A stretch of DNA of 27,120 nucleotides from contig CAZJQW010000003.1 of assembly GCA_964548575.1 (NCBI GenBank), positions 1 through 27,120 of the forward strand, in the 5' to 3' direction. Positions 16,310 to 23,962 of this stretch are shown here, piece after piece (positions within the stretch are counted from its first letter, which is position 1; each line of letters opens with the position of its first letter). Origin of the DNA: an uncultured Candidatus Saccharibacteria bacterium (GTDB lineage: Bacteria; Patescibacteriota; Minisyncoccia; Phycocordibacterales; PALSA-1337). A program made the position numbers and the translations under genes. The notes under the pieces are model-generated. The model had not been told where the DNA came from and made no database searches. It worked only from the letters and a program-made list of their open reading frames with translations.

Positions 16310-16906
16310 ATGGCAACTACAATCACAACAGAACAAGTAAAAGACCTTCGAGACAGGACAGGTGTTTCGGTTATGCAATGCAAGAAAGCCTTGGAAGAGG
16401 CCGGAGGCGACATGGATAAGGCCATGGTTATTTTGCACAAGAAGTCAGGCGAAATGTCTTCAAAGAAGGCTGACAGGACATTTGGAGCCGGAGTTGTTCA
16501 GGCTTATATTCACGCAAATGGAAACGTCGGAGCGATCGTGGAGCTCAACTGTGAGACAGACTTTGTAGCAAAGAACGAGGCTTTCATCGCTTTGGCTAGA
16601 GACATCGCTATGCACGTCACAGCGACCAATCCAAAGTTTTTGAAGAAGGAAGATATCCAGGAGAGCGATACTGTTGCGGCAAGAGCGGTATTCGAGGAAG
16701 AGGTAAAAGGCAAGCCAGAAGCTGTGAGGAAGACAATCTTGGAAGGCAAGCTCAAGGCATATTTCTCGGAAATGGTTTTGCTCGATCAGCCCTTCATCAA
16801 AAATCCTGAGATTACCATTCAGGGACTCATCGATCAGGCCGTTCAAAAGTTTGGCGAGAAGACGGCTTTGGCAAGGTTCAAGCGTTTCAAAGTGCTCGGA
16901 GAATAA
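16310..16906 (+). CDS. tsf: Elongation factor Ts, short form (198 aa)
   Basis: VKDLRDRTGVSVMQCKKAL, VELNCETDFVA, MHVTA and LLDQPFIK; follows rpsB. TGaTAAAAT (16288-16296) ends 13 nt before the ATG. Confidence 0.97.
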   Translation: MATTITTEQVKDLRDRTGVSVMQCKKALEEAGGDMDKAMVILHKKSGEMSSKKADRTFGAGVVQAYIHANGNVGAIVELNCETDFVAKNEAFIALARDIAMHVTATNPKFLKKEDIQESDTVAARAVFEEEVKGKPEAVRKTILEGKLKAYFSEMVLLDQPFIKNPEITIQGLIDQAVQKFGEKTALARFKRFKVLGE

Positions 16907-17281
16907 ATGTATACACTCATAGCTATTTTCTACGCGTCGCTTCTCTGCATGCTCATCATGCTTCTCTTGAAGCGCGCTGAAGTGAAGAGTGGCAGGAGGA
17001 ATATCGTGTCTCGATTGGGCAGGGGAACCGACCACGTTTTTGGAGCGGTCTTTTCGACTATAGGCAGATGGATATCATACGTGAACAGGAAGACTTTCAT
17101 AGTCATTGCCCAATGGATCGCTTTTCATGTCTTACTTCGGATCCGCAAAGTCTATGTGGAGGTGAAGTCCGCCGCTCTCGCCAACCCTCATTCCAAGAAA
17201 GTCATCGATGCGGTCCGCGGAAGGGCAGATGTGAAGAGGCATGGGGCGTCATTCTATTTGAGGAGGATATCTGACAAGTGA
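16907..17281 (+). CDS. Hypothetical membrane protein (124 aa)
   Basis: ATG directly after the tsf stop, an N-terminal hydrophobic helix and a basic C-terminus. Confidence 0.8.
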   Translation: MYTLIAIFYASLLCMLIMLLLKRAEVKSGRRNIVSRLGRGTDHVFGAVFSTIGRWISYVNRKTFIVIAQWIAFHVLLRIRKVYVEVKSAALANPHSKKVIDAVRGRADVKRHGASFYLRRISDK

Positions 17282-17286
17282 GGACA

Positions 17287-17370
17287 GGTAACTAGTAACT
17301 AGAGAATAGAAAGTAGAAAATGGAAAGTAGAGAATAGAAAATGGAGAATATAAAAGAGAAGTAGAAAAAT
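17287..17370 (+). repeat. Degenerate heptamer tract, 9 in-register units plus a decayed tail
   Basis: GGTAACT AGTAACT AGAGAAT AGAAAGT AGAAAAT GGAAAGT AGAGAAT AGAAAAT GGAGAAT (17287-17349). Confidence 0.85.
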
Positions 17371-17404
17371 GCCGCAGCTCCCGAAGGAGATGCGGCGGTT
17401 TGAT
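17365..17404. terminator. Intrinsic terminator between convergent genes
   Basis: GCCGCA-g-CTCC-cgaa-GGAG-a-TGCGGC (17371-17396), T-rich afterwards on the minus strand. Confidence 0.7.
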
Positions 17405-17773
17405 TTAGCCTGAAAAGCTGTCTATAGGAACCACATCCAGATAGAGAGCATCTGTTTTTGGCAACGCCCGTACTCTTAAGATTTTTTTGGAAGAGCCTTT
17501 CCAGAAGATCTTGATTTGCATTTCGTCCACTAAATGCCTATGAAGCAAGAATTTAATCGCCTGGATGAAATCATATTGGTCTGGAACCGAAAGACTTATA
17601 AACCTGCTCACCAGTTCCAGATTGTCAAAGAGGATCACTGTTCCATCTGTACCAGGAACCCTGTATCTGGGTTTATCTGTGGACTGCCCAAGGAAGGCTT
17701 TTTCAATGGTCGTCTTGTACGGAATAACGTCTTCGAGCTCGCATTCCGTGTACGCATTTTTAACTATTTGCAT
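17405..17773 (-). CDS. Hypothetical protein (122 aa)
   Basis: SD GAAAGGA close to the ATG, a clear upstream promoter and a downstream terminator. No family recognised. Confidence 0.7.
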   Translation of the reverse strand: MQIVKNAYTECELEDVIPYKTTIEKAFLGQSTDKPRYRVPGTDGTVILFDNLELVSRFISLSVPDQYDFIQAIKFLLHRHLVDEMQIKIFWKGSSKKILRVRALPKTDALYLDVVPIDSFSG

Positions 17774-17786
17774 TTTTCCTTTCTAT

Positions 17787-17843
17787 ACCGAATCACCGTG
17801 CACAGATGCAGTTAGTGCACACATTCGGTTTGTTTAGCATCTG
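17787..17843 (-). promoter_or_regulatory. Structured, pseudoknot-capable 5' leader of the 122-aa gene
   Basis: Three helices: ACCGAAT 17787-93/17823-29, GTGCAC 17798-803/17815-20 and CAGATGC 17803-09/17837-43. Confidence 0.4.
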
Positions 17844-17849
17844 AAAAGG

Positions 17850-17878
17850 AAAGTACACTAATAATGATTGCTTGTCAA
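17850..17878 (-). promoter_or_regulatory. Sigma70-type promoter TTGACA-17-TACTTT
   Basis: -35 at 17878-17873, -10 at 17855-17850, exact 17-nt spacer. Confidence 0.65.
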
Positions 17879-17992
17879 TTAAGATATACGGTATTATCAC
17901 ATAGAGAAAGGAAAGTTATGAATCAACACCGTTGGTACAATAAGTTTGTTGATAGGAAGGATTACTTCACTTTCATTCAAAAAAAGTAGATG

Positions 17993-18001
17993 TGATATAG
18001 T
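17993..18001 (+). promoter_or_regulatory. Extended -10 (TGaTATAGT) of the GH3 gene
   Basis: Ends 10 nt before ATG 18012. Confidence 0.55.
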
Positions 18002-18011
18002 TGATGCGATT

Positions 18012-19136
18012 ATGAAACAGCTATTCATCGTAATTTTTATATTTGCAGTTTTATTCTCCGTTATTTATTATGGTTGGACTTCCCGACCACAAGAAAATCA
18101 ACTCGTTGCTAATCTTGTTAATGTACAGACAATTAATCCAGTCACTGCTAATCCAGTCACTGCTAAAGTTCAGCAAATGTCTTTAGATGAAAAGATAGGG
18201 CAAATGCTCATAGTAGGCTTTGAACATAATTATGTGGATAGTCATATCAAAATGATGATTGAAAAGTATCATATTGGTGGCATAAATCTCCTGAAAAGGA
18301 ATGTTAAAGACAAAAATCAAATAACTGAAATGATTTCCCAATTACAGAAATTATCCGACATACCTATTTTTATTTCGACTGATCAGGAAGGTGGTGCTTT
18401 CTCACGTTTCAAATTTTTAAAAGAACTTACGGTACAAACCAAAATAATGTCAGTTGAGAAAGCAGAAGCTTTAGCATACAAGAGGGCTATAGAACTCAGA
18501 GCTTTGGGAGTTAACATGAATTATTCTCCGGTTCTTGACTATGTTTCGGACCCAAAATCATATTTATACTCTCGGACTTTTGGAACAAGCCCAGAAAAGA
18601 TTGGTGACCTTGGAAATGCGATGATAAAAGGATATATGAAAGGGGGTGTTATACCCGTAAGTAAACATTTTCCTGGGTACGGGAATATTTATCCAGATCC
18701 GCACAAGAATGAAGCTGTTACAAACATAAGCAGTGATGATTTTCTGACCAATCTTTTGCCTTTCATAGAGGTAATTCAGGATAACCGTGAAGGAGCTATT
18801 ATGACTGCTCATATTAAGATCCCCAGTATTGATGCAAAGCCTGCAACTGAATCCCACAGAATCTTAACGCAAATCCTAAGAGATAAACTCGGTTTTGAGG
18901 GAATTATTATAACCGACGATATGGAAATGGCTTCAGTAGGAACTTCGACGGAAAATTCCGCTTTGGAAGCAGTCAAAGCTGGTGCAGATATGATTATTTC
19001 CACTTATACTCCAGAAAAACACATAAAAATATTTAATCGCCTGAAGGAGGCTGTTAACAACGGAGAAATCGCTGAAGAAAAGATTGATAAGTCTGTGGAA
19101 AGAATACTTAAGTTAAAAAATATTCTGATTTTGTAA
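18012..19136 (+). CDS. Membrane-anchored or secreted GH3 beta-N-acetylhexosaminidase (NagZ-like)
   Basis: N-terminal TM/signal, MSLDEKIGQM, DQEGG, NYSPVLD, SRTFG, KHFPGYGxxxxDPH, IMTAH and IITDDMEM. Confidence 0.9.
   Translation: MKQLFIVIFIFAVLFSVIYYGWTSRPQENQLVANLVNVQTINPVTANPVTAKVQQMSLDEKIGQMLIVGFEHNYVDSHIKMMIEKYHIGGINLLKRNVKDKNQITEMISQLQKLSDIPIFISTDQEGGAFSRFKFLKELTVQTKIMSVEKAEALAYKRAIELRALGVNMNYSPVLDYVSDPKSYLYSRTFGTSPEKIGDLGNAMIKGYMKGGVIPVSKHFPGYGNIYPDPHKNEAVTNISSDDFLTNLLPFIEVIQDNREGAIMTAHIKIPSIDAKPATESHRILTQILRDKLGFEGIIITDDMEMASVGTSTENSALEAVKAGADMIISTYTPEKHIKIFNRLKEAVNNGEIAEEKIDKSVERILKLKNILIL
18134..18166 (+). repeat. Perfect 15-bp tandem duplication (NPVTA x2) in the GH3 linker
   Basis: TAATCCAGTCACTGC TAATCCAGTCACTGC TAA. 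Confidence 0.9.
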
Positions 19137-19248
19137 AATAGGCTAGCGCTTTACTATTAGCCAAAGTTAATCTAATGTTGTACCAGAATCGATTTTTTCG
19201 ATAGGCAATGGTACTGCCTCAAAGTGTCCGAACATTGAAAAAAACTAT

Positions 19249-19848
19249 ATGGTATACAACTGGTTAGAAGAATTCAAAAAGATGGGTGCACTATGGGCTC
19301 ACAGCGGGCAAGCAGAGGAGCCGCATTTGCTCATAGATTCTGAGGTTCATAGCAATAGCTATTTTGATTCTACGGTTTTGGAAGCAAAAAACGGATTGTT
19401 TCGAGAGTGCTGCCACGACCTCATGCTCAAGCTCGTCCAGAATGGATTTGCACCTAAAAAGGTCAATCGGGTGATATGTCCAAAAGAAGACGGTAAGATG
19501 GCCTACAAATTGGCCAGCGTGATTTCTGAATTACGAGCAAAGCCTTGTCTGTGGTCCGAGCTCCCCCTGCCTGTACCTATAAAAGCCAATGAAGAAATAC
19601 TTCTTTGCATGGAAGTTATCGATCGTAGCGACCCGGTTCTCCATATGTTGCATGCTGCGCAGAGCGGCAATTGCTCGCCTCTTCTTGCTGTTCTGTTGAA
19701 CACGTGCAGAGTGACAGAGGCTTGGAGTCAACACGTCGTGTCACTAGTTGATCATGAGATAAAACAATGGCCGGTAAGCCGCTGTCCACTTTGTGAGTCA
19801 GGCTCAAAGCCCGTGAGTTTCAATGAACTGAAGTGTATAGCCAAGTAA
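19249..19848 (+). CDS. Orotate-phosphoribosyltransferase-like protein with a degenerate PRPP loop
   Basis: HLLIDSEVHSNSYF resembles PyrE HFxLxSGxHSxxY, and the C-terminal CPLCESGSKPV resembles the PyrE tail. The expected VEDVxTTGGS position reads CMEVIDRSDP. Confidence 0.55.
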   Translation: MVYNWLEEFKKMGALWAHSGQAEEPHLLIDSEVHSNSYFDSTVLEAKNGLFRECCHDLMLKLVQNGFAPKKVNRVICPKEDGKMAYKLASVISELRAKPCLWSELPLPVPIKANEEILLCMEVIDRSDPVLHMLHAAQSGNCSPLLAVLLNTCRVTEAWSQHVVSLVDHEIKQWPVSRCPLCESGSKPVSFNELKCIAK

Positions 19849-19863
19849 GCGTTAGAATGTTAG

Positions 19864-19895
19864 CCCGTTCTCTTGGAGAGAGCGGGTTTTTTCTT
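19864..19895 (+). terminator. Intrinsic terminator
   Basis: CCCGTTCTCT-tgg-AGAGAGCGGG followed by TTTTTTCTT. Confidence 0.75.
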
Positions 19896-19931
19896 GCCCA
19901 AAGGGGAATTCTAATCTATAATGTCGCAACC

Positions 19932-20004
19932 GCCACCTTAGCTCAGTTGGTAGAGCAACGCTTTTGTAAAGCGAAGGTCCCCAGTTCAAGTCTGGGAGGT
20001 GGCT
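19932..20004 (+). tRNA. tRNA-Thr(UGU)
   Basis: Acceptor GCCACCT/AGGTGGC, D-arm TAGCTCAGTTGGTAGAGC, anticodon loop TT-TGT-AA (19965-67) and T-loop GTTCAAGTC. CCA is not encoded. TATAAT at 19917-22. Confidence 0.97.
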
Positions 20005-20106
20005 CAGAAAAGACGATATTCTAACGTGCATCTAGTTGACACTAGTCTTTAAATAGTGCAATATTTCAAGAGGTAGGAAACTAGAATATTCAAAAGAAAG
20101 GCAGGT

Positions 20107-21039
20107 ATGGCAGAGAATAAAAATGTTATTAAACTCTTTGAAAGATTGAGCGAGCGGTCCAGATTTATCTACCATTTCGCAACACTGAAGCAGAAAAAGC
20201 CGATTCACCCAAACGTGAACTGCTTACACATACTTTTGGCATTGATCGAGGTCGAGGATGGCCTTGGAGCGAAAAGGCTCAAGGATATGGGAGTGGATAT
20301 GGGCAAGTTGCGCGAAGTGGTAATATCGGAGCTAGGCAGACACTTCGAGAAAGATCCTGATCTTGATTTCAATCCTCGCGTCATATCTGCATTTCGACAA
20401 GCGGATAGGATAGTCCAGGCTTCACAGATCGATCCTGAGCACATATTGCTCGGCATGATACTGCATGGTGCCAATGAGGCGGCAAAGATCCTCAAGCAAT
20501 TTTCTATCTATCCGACCCATATTCAGGATGCAGTGTTTGCTCTCAAGAACAAAATGGCAGAAGAGTCCTTGATAGAAGATGCTTTGGACCCTCTCAAATC
20601 GGATGAAGAGAAGGAGCATGCAATGTTCCTGCTCTGTAGGTGCATTCGAGACACGATGCAGTCTATGAATGGTTCCATTTATGGAACCAGCATTCGACAT
20701 ATGCGAAAGATTATCGCATATCTGAACTCCTCGATATTGCCGTATCGGAAGGACCTCGACGTAGTTGTTGTCGATGTTGCTACCCGTGTCCCTGACCTGG
20801 AGGTCATCAGACAGAGCGCCACTTTTCTGATGAAGAGCCATGAAGGCATGAATCATCTGAGGAGATTCAGGTCTCTCATGGAACAGTCGAAGCTCGGATC
20901 GCGTGAGGATTACCAGTTCGGAGCAGTCGTGCAAGCTATGCTTCTTGGGGATAGAGTCGAGAGAGCCGTGGACTATTTCTCAAGATGGAATGACATCGTT
21001 CATAGGGTTGAAGCGGAAAGTCGTCTATCTGAAGATTAG
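20107..21039 (+). CDS. Clp N-terminal (double repeat) domain protein with an unknown C-terminal domain and no AAA+ module
   Basis: Two Clp_N-like repeats (VNCLHILLALIE..GLGAKRLKDMGVD; IDPEHILLGMI..EAAKILKQF). No Walker A/B motif in the last ~160 aa. Confidence 0.75.
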   Translation: MAENKNVIKLFERLSERSRFIYHFATLKQKKPIHPNVNCLHILLALIEVEDGLGAKRLKDMGVDMGKLREVVISELGRHFEKDPDLDFNPRVISAFRQADRIVQASQIDPEHILLGMILHGANEAAKILKQFSIYPTHIQDAVFALKNKMAEESLIEDALDPLKSDEEKEHAMFLLCRCIRDTMQSMNGSIYGTSIRHMRKIIAYLNSSILPYRKDLDVVVVDVATRVPDLEVIRQSATFLMKSHEGMNHLRRFRSLMEQSKLGSREDYQFGAVVQAMLLGDRVERAVDYFSRWNDIVHRVEAESRLSED

Positions 21040-21069
21040 TTGCGCCATAAAGAAAAGCGAACTCACAAC

Positions 21070-21097
21070 AGCCATGGTTAAATCCGTGGCTTTTTTA
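21070..21097 (+). terminator. Intrinsic terminator
   Basis: AGCCATGG-ttaaat-CCGTGGCT followed by a T-run. Confidence 0.75.
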
Positions 21098-21127
21098 TTC
21101 CTCCCATTGGAGTCTACGCCATTTTTC

Positions 21128-21136
21128 TGCTAAAGT
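21128..21136 (+). promoter_or_regulatory. Extended -10 (TGcTAAAGT) of pheS
   Basis: Ends 7 nt before ATG 21144. Confidence 0.55.
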
Positions 21137-21143
21137 TATGCGC

Positions 21144-21857
21144 ATGAAAGGGCATTTACACCCGATAACCCAATTCATCCGCGAAGCCACGGCGATATTC
21201 TCCGAGATGGGATTCGTGGTCAGAACTGGTCCTGAGCTCGAGACGGAGCACTACAATTTCGATGCATTGAATGTGGCGAAGGATCATCCTTCACGCGATA
21301 TGCAGGATACTTTTTGGATAAAGCAGAAACCCAAGGAGAGCGGTGAGAAGTCAGACCGTCCAGTCATGCGCACTCAAACTTCATCGGTTCAGGTTCGATT
21401 TCTTGAAAAGAACAAAGACGGTCTTCCTTGCGCGATCATCGTACCTGGAAAAGTATTCAGGAATGAAGCAACAGACGCTACGCATGAAGCACAGTTCTAT
21501 CAGCTCGAAGCCCTCTATGTAGACAAGAACGTTTCCCTTGGACATTTGAAAGGCACAGTCGAGCACCTATTCAAGAAGATGTATGGGGATGATGTCCAGA
21601 TCCGCTTTAGGCCCAGCTATTTCCCATTCGTGGAGCCGGGAGTGGAAGTAGACATGCTATTCAATGGCAAATGGCTCGAAATGGGAGGCGCAGGAATGGT
21701 CCACCCCAATGTATTCAAGTCCGTTGGCATTGATCCCACTGTGTGGAGCGGTTTTGCATTTGGCCTTGGCGTAGATCGGTTGGTCATGCGCATGCACAAC
21801 ATCACTGACATTCGCATGCTTTACAATGGCGACCTAAGATTCATCAATCAATTCTAA
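21144..21857 (+). CDS. pheS: Phenylalanine--tRNA ligase alpha subunit lacking the N-terminal coiled coil (237 aa)
   Basis: GHLHPI, NFDALN, HPSRDMQDTF, RTQTSSVQ, FYQLE, RPSYFPFVEP, GAGMVHP and FAFGLGVDRL. Confidence 0.97.
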   Translation: MKGHLHPITQFIREATAIFSEMGFVVRTGPELETEHYNFDALNVAKDHPSRDMQDTFWIKQKPKESGEKSDRPVMRTQTSSVQVRFLEKNKDGLPCAIIVPGKVFRNEATDATHEAQFYQLEALYVDKNVSLGHLKGTVEHLFKKMYGDDVQIRFRPSYFPFVEPGVEVDMLFNGKWLEMGGAGMVHPNVFKSVGIDPTVWSGFAFGLGVDRLVMRMHNITDIRMLYNGDLRFINQF

Positions 21858-23797
21858 TGAAAGTCCTCAGATCCTGGCTACAAGATCATATCGAGGAAAC
21901 ATTGCCGAGCGCGAAGGCAGTCGAGGAGGCAATGCTCATGAAGTCTTCGGAGATAGAAGGCGTCGAGGAGGTGCAAGTGGGAGGAAAATCTGACGCTGTT
22001 TTGGATGTAAAGACTTTGCCAGACAGGGCACATTATATGCTGTCACATAGAGGAGTTGCGTATGACTTGTGTGCCATTCTGGGACTAACTTTTAAAAATA
22101 GTGATGCAAAATTGCCAGAATTAGGAGCCGAGGTGAAGGTTCGGATTGAGACTGATAAGTGCAATAGGTATATAGCTATTCCGGTCAGGAATGTTGCGAA
22201 TGGCGAGTCTCCAGCTTGGATCAAGGAAAGATTGGAGGCGATCGGTGCCAGGGCCATTAGCGCTATTGTGGATGCAACGAACTATGCCATGTTCGATACG
22301 GGCCAGCCTTTGCATGCTTTTGATGCGGATAAGGTGAAGGGTGCCATCATCGTGAGGCAAGCCAAGGAAGGCGAGGAGATAGAGCTTTTGCCAGAACGAG
22401 TCTTGGTCAATGGTGAATGGCAGAACAAGGAACGCAAGCTCAAACTGGGTGCGGCAGATATGGTCATTGCCGATCACGAAGGATTGCTAGCTATCGCAGG
22501 AGTCAAAGGCGGTCTCAAGGCCGTCGTGACTCCAGAGACAAAGAATATCATTTTGGAGTCTGCTAGCTTTGATCCTGTTTCTGTGCGAAGGACTTCGACG
22601 AGACATAACATTCGTAACGATTCGTCCAAGAGGTTCGAGAATGAGATCACGGCTCATTTAACAGTAGTTGGTGCTTCAGTTTTCGTGGATCTTATTAAGG
22701 AGTTTTCTACGGATTGTGAAGTGGGCAAGATGACTGATGTCTATTCAAAGTTGCCCGAGAAGTGGTCTGTAGAAGTTTTTCACAAGAAGATAGAATCAAC
22801 ACTAAACATTGAAGTCGGAGCTTCGAAAGTTCTTGAGATATTTAAAGCCCTTGGCATTGAGACGAAGCAAGAAGGCGAAAAATACATAGTCACGCCTCCA
22901 TTTGAAAGACTGGATTTGGTAATAGAAGAAGATTTTATAGACGAGGCGGGTCGCATCGTCGGTTTGGATAAAGTTAAGAGTGTGTTGCCGAAAGGAGATT
23001 CAAGGCATGCCTTTGCAAAGGATTTCTTGCTAGCTGAAAAGATCAAGGACTTCTTCTATGAGAGGGGATTTAGCGAAGTGCAGACGAGGTCATTTGTAAA
23101 TAAAGGAGATATTGAAGTCGCGTATCCCATGGCATCTGATAAGGGATTTTTAAGGACAAGTTTAAAAAGTGGAGTCAAAGAGTCTTTGGACAAGGCAATG
23201 CTAAATGCGCCTCTTCTTGGTTTGGATGAAGTTAAGATCTTTGAGGTCGGAAATGTATTCCCAAATAAAGGCGAAGAGATGGAGCTTTGTTTTGCAGTGA
23301 ATTATGCGAAGAAGGTGAAGAATAAAGATCAGGTCATAAAGACTGAGCTCGAAAAGACCGCGGAGGAATTAGGACAGGCTTTGGGTGTAGAGCTGAAAGC
23401 GGAGATCGAAGGAGGCATTGCTGTTGTGAAGGACCTCAATAAATTGGATGTGAAGCTCGATATTAGAGACATCGAGCTCGGCTCTGCATCTCGGGTCACA
23501 TTCAAACCATTTTCAACTGAGCCATTCGTCGTGCGTGACATAGATTTGTTCGTTTCAAGTGGAATATCGGACTCGGAAGTTAAAGAAGTAATCGCAAATT
23601 CAGCCAAGAAGGCCGCGAGCGAGTTATTGGTCAAAGGACCAGATCTATTTGATAGTTTTGAAAAGGATGGCAGAAAGTCATATGCATTCCGCATGATATT
23701 CCAAGCTGGAGATAGGACTCTGTCTGATGAAGAAGCCAATGGGGTCATGGAAAAAGTCTATTCTGAGGTCAAGAAAAAGGGTTGGGAAGTGCGATAG
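21857..23797 (+). CDS. pheT: Phenylalanine--tRNA ligase beta subunit, short (646 aa), B2/OB domain absent
   Basis: B3/4 (GQPLHAFDADK, IAGVKGG, SKRFE), B5 (RLDLVIEEDFIDE) and a C-terminal FDX-ACB domain (RDIDL..SYAFRMIFQ..DRTLSDEE). 1-nt overlap with pheS. Confidence 0.95.
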   Translation: MKVLRSWLQDHIEETLPSAKAVEEAMLMKSSEIEGVEEVQVGGKSDAVLDVKTLPDRAHYMLSHRGVAYDLCAILGLTFKNSDAKLPELGAEVKVRIETDKCNRYIAIPVRNVANGESPAWIKERLEAIGARAISAIVDATNYAMFDTGQPLHAFDADKVKGAIIVRQAKEGEEIELLPERVLVNGEWQNKERKLKLGAADMVIADHEGLLAIAGVKGGLKAVVTPETKNIILESASFDPVSVRRTSTRHNIRNDSSKRFENEITAHLTVVGASVFVDLIKEFSTDCEVGKMTDVYSKLPEKWSVEVFHKKIESTLNIEVGASKVLEIFKALGIETKQEGEKYIVTPPFERLDLVIEEDFIDEAGRIVGLDKVKSVLPKGDSRHAFAKDFLLAEKIKDFFYERGFSEVQTRSFVNKGDIEVAYPMASDKGFLRTSLKSGVKESLDKAMLNAPLLGLDEVKIFEVGNVFPNKGEEMELCFAVNYAKKVKNKDQVIKTELEKTAEELGQALGVELKAEIEGGIAVVKDLNKLDVKLDIRDIELGSASRVTFKPFSTEPFVVRDIDLFVSSGISDSEVKEVIANSAKKAASELLVKGPDLFDSFEKDGRKSYAFRMIFQAGDRTLSDEEANGVMEKVYSEVKKKGWEVR

Positions 23798-23811
23798 AAC
23801 AAAATTTGACT

Positions 23812-23837
23812 CACCGCAAGTCTTGCGTGCCTTTTTT
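23812..23837 (+). terminator. Probable weak terminator after pheT
   Basis: CAC-CGCAA-gtc-TTGCG-TG followed by CCTTTTTT. Confidence 0.45.
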
Positions 23838-23962
23838 AAAGGAATATAATTGTGGCAATACAATATATCGCCGCGTTATTTCTTATCTCCAAACATAGTA
23901 GGCGCGGACACAATGTCAGTTTATTAGAGTAATTATTGTGTATGCCTATTATGCTTTCACCT

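Noticed and set aside
17787-17843. Leader as a fluoride (crcB) riboswitch
   Set aside because: There is superficial likeness (5' GAUG pairing in a pseudoknot, CUAA), but the conserved GGnGAUGGnGUUCnCC and UAAUGAC cores are absent.
19932-20004. tRNA-Thr (and tRNA-Leu) as integration sites of an island or prophage
   Set aside because: I found no duplicated tRNA 3' end, integrase or phage gene in the window. The 3' side of tRNA-Leu is outside the window and cannot be judged.
21040-21143. Frameshifted or separate N-terminal coiled coil of PheS
   Set aside because: Only ~100 nt are available, occupied by a terminator and the pheS promoter.
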